Assembly: GCA_028826165.1 (NCBI GenBank)
Contig: JAPDFW010000137.1
Coordinates: 1-64,000, forward strand
Length of the DNA stretch: 64,000 bases
Direction of reading: 5' to 3'
Source of the DNA: Anaeramoeba ignava BMAN
Taxonomy: Eukaryota > Protista > Anaeramoebae
A program made the translations under genes and the position numbers. Below are positions 56,901 to 64,000 of the stretch, one piece after another; positions within the stretch are counted from its first letter, which is position 1; each line of letters begins with the position of its first letter. Under the pieces are notes generated by a model that made no database searches, was not told the DNA's origin, and was given only the letters and a program-made list of their open reading frames with translations.

Positions 56901-56914
56901 TATTTAGTTATTAA
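50976..56914 (+). CDS. hydA: WD40-repeat, [FeFe]-hydrogenase (2Fe-2S, 2x[4Fe-4S], H-cluster, small-subunit region) and flavodoxin fusion; two apparent +1 frame breaks
   Basis: Exons 50976-51026, 51119-51235, 52909-53274, 53342-53444, 53529-53557, 53660-55067, 55133-55477, 55554-56453 and possibly 56908-56914. WD40 repeats (YEGHEKSINQI..LYSCSDDGTVIAW). Fe-S motifs LCYHP..CKCC..AC, CIDCARCAQVC, CIACGQCSVFCP. H-cluster motifs FTSCCPAW, TPCTAKKQE, EVMACPGGCLGGGGQP. Flavodoxin motifs LFGSQTGTAE..TSTFWEG..IFGLGNSTYTHFN. Confidence 0.85.
51470..52900. repeat. Intronic composite repeat: (ATCAATTTATTT)n, a five-copy unit of about 50 bp and a duplication at about 677-bp offset
   Basis: AATTTCTTAATTTCTCAATATAATAATCAAATCAAAACTTTAAAAT at about 51527, 51614, 51721, 52299 and 52398. 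ORFs 51765 and 52442 begin identically. Confidence 0.85.
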
Positions 56915-57381
56915 ATTTAAATTTAAATCAAATATTAAACCAAAATTAAATTTTAAAAATTTAAAAAAAATCTACAAAATTTAAATGAGATTTTAAATCA
57001 AAAAAACAAAAAAAACAATTTTTCAAATCAAATCAAATCAAATCAAATCAAAATTTTTTCTTTTATTTTAAATCAAAAAAAACAAATTAAATCAAAAATT
57101 TAAATAATTTTGTAATTTTTTGGGAATTTTGATAAAAGACTTGATTTTTAAATAAAAACAAAACAATTTTCAAATCAAATCAAATCAAATCAAATCTTTT
57201 CTTTTAGTTTTAAATTAAATTGAATTGAATTTTTGGGAATTTTATAAAAGGCTTGATTTTTGTAAATTGAATTAAATTGAATTAAATTGAATTGAATTGA
57301 ATTGAAAAAAAAAGAATGAATGAATGAAAATCAAAAATCAAAAATCAAGAATTTAACTTCTGAATTAGAAAATTTCTTTTT

Positions 57382-60300
57382 TTATAAGAAATATTCTGGA
57401 ATTTTTTTCTTTTGAGGAGTTTGTCTTGTTTCATCAGGAGCAGCATCAAAAACCTTAAAATTTCTATCTAAATTATCTTGAATTTCAAGAATAGCAGCAG
57501 AATTACCGCATCTATAATAATAATTGGGAGCTGACCAAACAGTAACTAATGATTTATTAAACATATAAAGATATCCTTCCATAATAAGTTGATGTGCTCG
57601 GCATATTAAACTTAAATTGTTAATTTTGGAAAATTGCATCACTGGTTCTGATCCAAAAATAAATCCAGCTCCTCTTGGTCCATTTCCCCAACCTTCAAGT
57701 TCTTTTTTTATCAAAAAATTTTAATTTTAATTTTAATTTTAAATTTTAATTTTAATTTTATTTTTAATTTTAATTTTAAATATAATTTTAATTTTAATTT
57801 TAATTTTAATTTTAATTTTATTTTAATTTTAATTTTAAATTTTAATTTTAATTTTAATTTTAATTTTAATTTTAATTTTAATTTTAATTTTAATTTTAAT
57901 TTTAAATTTTAATTTTAATTTTAATTTTAATTTTAAATTTAAATTTTAATTTTAATTTTAATTTTAATTTTAAATTTTTAATTTTAATTTTAATTTTAAT
58001 TTTAATTTTAATTTTAATTTTAATTTTAATTTTAATTTTAATTTTAATTTTAATTTTAATTTTAATTTTAATTTTAATTTTAATTTTAATTTTAATTTTA
58101 ATTTTAATTTTAAATTTTAATTTTAAATTTAATTTTAATTTTAATTTTAAATTTTAATTTTAATTTTAATTTTAATTTTAATTTTAATTTTAATTTTAAT
58201 TTTAATTTTAATTTTAATTTTAATTTTAATATTCAAATTGATAAAGAATTACCTTCAGGATCACTCCAAAGTAAATCACACATTGCACCTTCATGTGGAA
58301 CTTCTAATTTTCTATCAATTACTTGAATCTAAATTTTCATTAAAATAATTTTTGTTTTTAAATAATTTTTGTTTTTAAATAATTTTCATTAAAATAAATT
58401 GAATTTTCTTTTTTGATAAATTTACTTGATCAATTGTTGAAACTGAAGGAGATAAACCACCATGAACACAGAAAATTTCTCCTCCAACAAGAGCAGCTAA
58501 TGGAAGATAATCAAAAACTTCAGTACAATATCTCCAAACATTTGCATTAGTATATCTTCTTAAACACTCTTCATAAAATCCATAAACCTTTTTTAATTTT
58601 AATTTTAAATATTATTTTAATTTTAATTATAAATTATAATTTTAAATTTAATTTTAATTTTTATTTCAATTTTAATTATAAATTATAATTTTAATTTTAA
58701 TTTTAATTTTAATTTTAATTTTAATTTTAATTTTAATTTTAATTTTAATTTTTATTTTAATTTTAATTTTAATTTTAATTTTAATTTTAATTTTAATTTT
58801 AATTTTAATTTATTTTAATTTTAATTTTAATTTTAAATTTAATTTTAATTTTAATTTTAATTTAATTTTAATTTTAATTTTAATTTTAATTTTAATTTTA
58901 ATTTTAATATAATTATAATTTTTATTATAATTCTAATTTGAATAAATTTACTTGAGTAATTTGTCTACTTTCGTGATTTCCTCTAAGTAAGTAAATTCGA
59001 TCAGGGTAACGAACTTTAAGAGCAAGAAGTAATAAAAAGGTTTCAAGAGAAAAATAACCACGATCAACATAATCTCCCATAAAAAGATATTTTGTTTTTG
59101 GACAAAAACCCCCAATTTTAAATAATTCTTGTAAATCATAAAATTGTCCATGAATATCTCCACAAATCTAATCAATTTAATTATAAATTTAATTATAAAT
59201 TTTATTATAAATTTTATTATAAATTTAATTATAAATTTAATTATAAATTTAATTATAAATTTAATTATAAATTTAATTATAAATTTAATTATAAATTTAA
59301 TTATAAATTTAATTATAAATTTAATTATAAATTTAATTATAAATTTAATTATAAATTTAATTATAAATTTAATTATAAATTTAATTATAAATTTAATTAT
59401 AAATTTAATTATAAATTTAATTATAAATTTAATTATAAATTTAATTATAAATTTAATTATAAATTTAATTATAAATTTAATTATAAATTTAATTATAAAT
59501 ATAATTATAAATTTAATTATAAATATAATTATAAATTTAATTATAAATATAATTATAAATTTAATTATAAATTTAATTATAAATATAATTATATATATAA
59601 TTATAAATTTAATTATAAATTTAATTATAAATTTAATTATAAATATAATTATAAATTTAATTATAAATAAAATTTAATTATAAATTAAATTATAAATTTA
59701 ATTATAAATTTAATTATAAATTTAATTATAAATTTAATTATAAATTTAATTATAAATATAAATATAATTTAATTATAAATTTAATTATAAATTTAATTAT
59801 AAATTTAATTATAAATTTTATTATAAATTTAATTATAAATTTAATTATAAATTTAATTATAAATTTAATTATAAATTTAATTATAAATTTAATTATAAAT
59901 TTAATTATAAATTTAATTATAAATTTAATTATAAATTTAATTATAAATTTAATTATAAATTTAATTATAAATTTAATTATAAATTTAATTATAAATTTAA
60001 TTATAAATTTAATTATAAATTTAATTATAAATTTAATTATAAATTTAATTATAAATTTAATTATAAAATTTAATTATAAATTTAATTATAAATTTAATTA
60101 TAAATTTAATTATAAATTTAATTATAAATTTTATTATAAATTTAATTATAAATTTAATTATAAATTTAATTATAAATTTAATTATAAATTTAATTATAAA
60201 TTTAATTATAAATTTAATTATAAATTTAATTATAAATTTAATTATAAATTTAATTATAAATTTAATTATAAATTTAATTATAAATTTAATTATAAATTTA

Positions 60301-61364
60301 ATTATAAATTTAATTATAAATTTAATTATAAATTTAATTTAATTATAATTATAAATTTAATTATAAATTTAATTATAAATTTTAATTATAAATTTAATTA
60401 TAAATTTAATTATAAATTTAATTATAAATTTAATTATAAATTTAATTATAAATTTAATTATAAATTTAATTATAAAATTTAATTATAAATTTAATTATAA
60501 ATATAATTATAAATATAATTATAAATTTAATTATAAATTTAATTATAAATTTAATTATAAATTTAATTATAAATTTAATTATAAATTTAATTATAAATTT
60601 AATTATAAATTTAATTATAAATTTAATTATAAATTTAATTATAAATTTAATTATAAATTTAATTATAAATTTTAATTATAAATTTAATTATAAATTTAAT
60701 TATAAATTTAATAATTATAAATTTAATTATAAATTTAATTATAAATTTAATTATAAATTTAATTATAAATTTAATTATAAAATTTAATTATAAATTTAAT
60801 TATAAATTTGATTATAAATTTAATTATAAATTTAATTATAAATTTAATTATAAATTTAATTATAAATTTAATTATAAATTTAATTATAAATTTAATTATA
60901 AATTTAATTATAAATTTTAATTATAAATTTAATTATAAATTTAATTATAAATTTAATTATAAATTTAATTATAAATTTAATTATAAATTTAATTATAAAT
61001 TTTATTATAAATTTAATTATAAATTTAATTATAAATTTAATTATAAATTTAATTATAAATTTAATTATAAATTTAATTATAAATTTAATTATAAATTTAA
61101 TTATAAATTTAATTATAAATTTAATTATAAATTTAATTATAAATTTGATTATAAATTTAATTATAAATTTAGTTATAAATTTAATTATAAATTTGATTAT
61201 TTGGGTTTTTTAAAATATACAGTAATTGGAGGATCAAGATAAATTAGATTTCCATCATCAAGAAGAACTTCTTGAGCTTTGATACATAATTTTTTAACTT
61301 CATTTTCTGAAAGTAATTCTCTTTTATAAAGTTTTTCAATTTGAATATCTATTTGACTTGACAT
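57382..61364 (-). CDS. PPP4C: PP2A-family Ser/Thr phosphatase catalytic subunit, most like PP4 (PP6 not excluded)
   Basis: Exons 61364-61221, 59167-58952, 58587-58426, 58328-58253 and 57701-57382. Motifs [61 protein letters not shown]-terminal EYFL. Confidence 0.85.
59168..61220 (-). repeat. 2.05-kb intron of (AAATTTAATTAT)n as read on the + strand
   Basis: Highly homogeneous 12-mer array between donor and acceptor. Confidence 0.9.
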
Positions 61365-61620
61365 TTTAAAAAGGGATTTTTTTTTCTTGTTCTTTTTTTT
61401 TTTTATTTTTTTTTTTAAATTGATTTTTTTTTTATAGAAATAGAAATAGAAATAGAAAATGGAAACAAACAAAAAAAAAACACAAAAAAGGAAAAAACTT
61501 ATTCTAACGTAATTAGAAAAATGAAAAAAAAAAATTAAAAAAAAAATTTAATTAAAACTTAAAAAAAAGAGAAAAGAAAAAAAATTTTTATTTTTCTCCT
61601 TTTATTTTTTTTTCTCCTTT

Positions 61621-64000
61621 TTATTTTTCTAATTCATTTTCTGAACTTAAAATTTCTTCCATAAAATCTTCATCTAAACAACAATTTTCATTTTGGAATT
61701 CATTTTGATTTTCATTTTCATTTTCATCTATATTAATATCAAAATTTAAATCTTGAATTTGATCTGAAATATTTTTTTGGATTAAATTTTTTTTCTTTTT
61801 AGAAATTTTTAGTTTTTTTGTTTTTTGATTAAAAGAATTATCATTATTTATCAATTGAAGATCATCATCAAAAAAATCAAAAGAATCAATTTTAATTTGA
61901 TTTTTGATTTTGATTTTAATTTGATTTTGATTTTGATTTTGATTTTGATTTTTATTTTTAATTTGATTTTGATTTTGATTTTGATTTTGATTTTGATTTT
62001 GATTTTGATTTTTAATTTGATTTTGATTTTGATTTTTAATTTTGATTTTGATTTTTAATTTGATTTTGATTTTTGATTTTGATTTTGATTTTGATTTTGA
62101 TTTTGATTTTCATTTTGAATTTGATTTTGATTTTGATTTTGATTTTGATTTTGATTTTGATTTTGATTTTGATTTTGATTTTGATTTTGATTTTTAATTT
62201 GATTTTGATTTTGATTTTTAATTTGATTTTTAATTTTCATTTTCATTTTTGATTTTTGATTTTGATTTTATTTTTCATTTTGAGATTTTGATTTTGATTT
62301 TCATTTTGATTTTGATTTTCATCTTTTATCTTTTTATCTTTTTATCTTTTTCAAAAATCTTTATCTTTTTATTTTTTTATTTTTATGTTTCTTTTTATCT
62401 TTTTATCTTTTTTGTTTTTTATCTTTTTTATCTTTTTTATCTTTTTTATGTTTATGTTTATGTTTATCTTTATCTTTATCTTTATGTTTATTTTTATGTT
62501 TGTCTTTATCTTTTTCTTTCTTGTGTTTATGTTTATCTTTTTCTTGATTTTCATCAATTTGAATAATTTCATATTTTGGTTCATTTTTATCATTTTCTTT
62601 TAATTCTAAATCATGGAATTTCTTTTTATGAAGCGATAAAGTTGATAAATAACTAAACAATTTCCCACAAAATAGACACTTATATCTAATGCCTTTATGA
62701 ACAGCATTGATATGAGCATTAAGAGAAGACAAAGTTGCAAATGAAGAATTACAATCTTTATGATTGCAAACATAAACCTTTCGATTGAGCTCATGAACTT
62801 GGGAATGATTTTTTAAATTTCTTTTTGAATTAAATTTCTTTCCACAAACATCACATTCATATTGCAAGGCATGAAATTCTTTAATATGTCTTTGAAGCTC
62901 GTTAAATTTCAAGAAACTCAATCCACATTCACCACAAATATGAGTTTTTTCTTTAGTATGAACAGAACGAATATGTCTTTTGAGTTGTGAAGGGTAATCA
63001 AAGCACATCCCACATCCTTCATAGGTACATTGATAGGGTTTCTTTCCTGTATGGATAGCTTTGTGACGAATCAATTGATTTTTTTTGACGAATCTTGCTT
63101 GGCATCCAGGAAAGTCACATTGATATTTTTCTTTTTTGTGAACGTTATTGATGTGCCGAGTTAATTTTTCTTTTCGGAAATATTTTTTATTACATCCTTC
63201 ATAAGGACATGAATATTTTTTCTCTCTGTCTTCTTTGTGTGTTTCCATGTGGTTTTGTAAGTGATCTTTTCTCTTGAATTTCTTGTTGCATCCTGGAAAT
63301 GGACATTCAAATTTCCTTTCGTTTGTATGTGTTGTCATGTGTCGATTTAATCTTGATTGTTTAGTAAATTCTGATCCACAAATTGGACATTCAATTATTT
63401 TTCTTTTTTTGCGTGAATTTTTTGAATTTTTTCTATTTGATTTTCTATTTGATTTTCTATTTGATTTTCTATTTTGATTTTCTATTTTGTTTTCTATTTT
63501 GTTTTGTAAATTGTTTTGTAAATTGTTTTTGTAAATTGTTTTCTATTTGATTTTCTATTTGATTTTGTAAATTGTTTTGTAAATTGTTTTGTAAATTGTT
63601 TTTTAAATTGTTTTGTAAATTGTTTTCTATTTTGTTTTCTATTTTGTTTTCTAAATTGTTTTGTAAATTGTTTTGTAAATTGTTTTGTAAATTGTTTTGT
63701 AAATTGTTTTCTATTTCATTTTCTAATTTGTTTTGTAAATTGTTTTCTATTTGATTTTCTATTTGATTTTCTATTTTGTTTTCTAAATTGTTTTGTAAAT
63801 TGTTTTCTATTTTGTTTTCTAAATTGTTTTCTATTTTGTTTTCTATTTTGTTTTTTAAATTGTTTTCTAAATTATTTTGTAAATTGTTTTCTATTTCATT
63901 TTCTATTTTGTTTTCTATTTTGTTTTCTATTTTGTTTTCTATTTTGTTTTGTAAATTGTTTTGTAAATTGTTTTCTATTTTGTTTTCTAAATTGTTTTCT
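61621..64000 (-). CDS. GTF3A: TFIIIA-like nine-C2H2-finger protein with low-complexity termini; 5' end probably outside the window
   Basis: Nine C2H2 fingers from CPICGSEFTKQSRLNRHMTTH (just upstream of ORF 62403..63338) to CLFCGKLFSYLSTLSLHKKKFH. TFIIIA-like fingers include FVKKNQLIRH, PSQLKRH and FLKFNELQRH. The link to the acidic tail at 61621-61880 runs through frame-broken repeats and is inferred. Confidence 0.7.

Noticed and set aside
28141-61364. Functional clustering of the SAPS-like subunit with the PP4/PP6 catalytic subunit
   Set aside because: They are about 26 kb apart with unrelated genes between, and the catalytic subunit looks more like PP4.
1-64000. Alternative genetic code, inteins or AT-AC introns
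   Set aside because: Conserved genes end at TAA or TGA and have no systematic in-frame stops. No intein-sized insertions were seen, and all modelled introns are GT-AG.

Overview
Very AT-rich, intron-rich eukaryotic nuclear DNA read in the standard genetic code. The gene content (true [FeFe]-hydrogenase, BTB, RGS and Kelch proteins, GT-AG introns filled with AT satellites, TCATT initiator-like motifs) suggests an anaerobic protist, possibly an Anaeramoeba-like metamonad; that assignment is inference only. I built about 14 gene models by hand from the ORF track and GT/AG boundaries: BTB-coiled-coil-ankyrin, C2/Munc13-like, RimJ/RimL GNAT, Kelch-BTB-SAM, PAS-like/RGS/DUF547, seryl-tRNA synthetase, SAPS-like, UAA/PAPS transporter, a type I membrane protein, dihydropyrimidine dehydrogenase, mRNA guanylyltransferase, a WD40-[FeFe]-hydrogenase-flavodoxin fusion, a PP4/PP6 catalytic subunit and a TFIIIA-like nine-finger protein. 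Two observations stand out. First, the hydrogenase has an N-terminal WD40 propeller and a C-terminal flavodoxin (50976-56914). Second, the BTB/ankyrin gene carries eight in-phase single-codon (3-nt) microexon candidates, AATAG-NNN-GTAA, at 4830-6193. Most ORF-track entries in low-complexity DNA are spurious. Several single-base frame breaks suggest residual assembly errors. No rRNA, tRNA, CRISPR array or recognisable transposase was seen.
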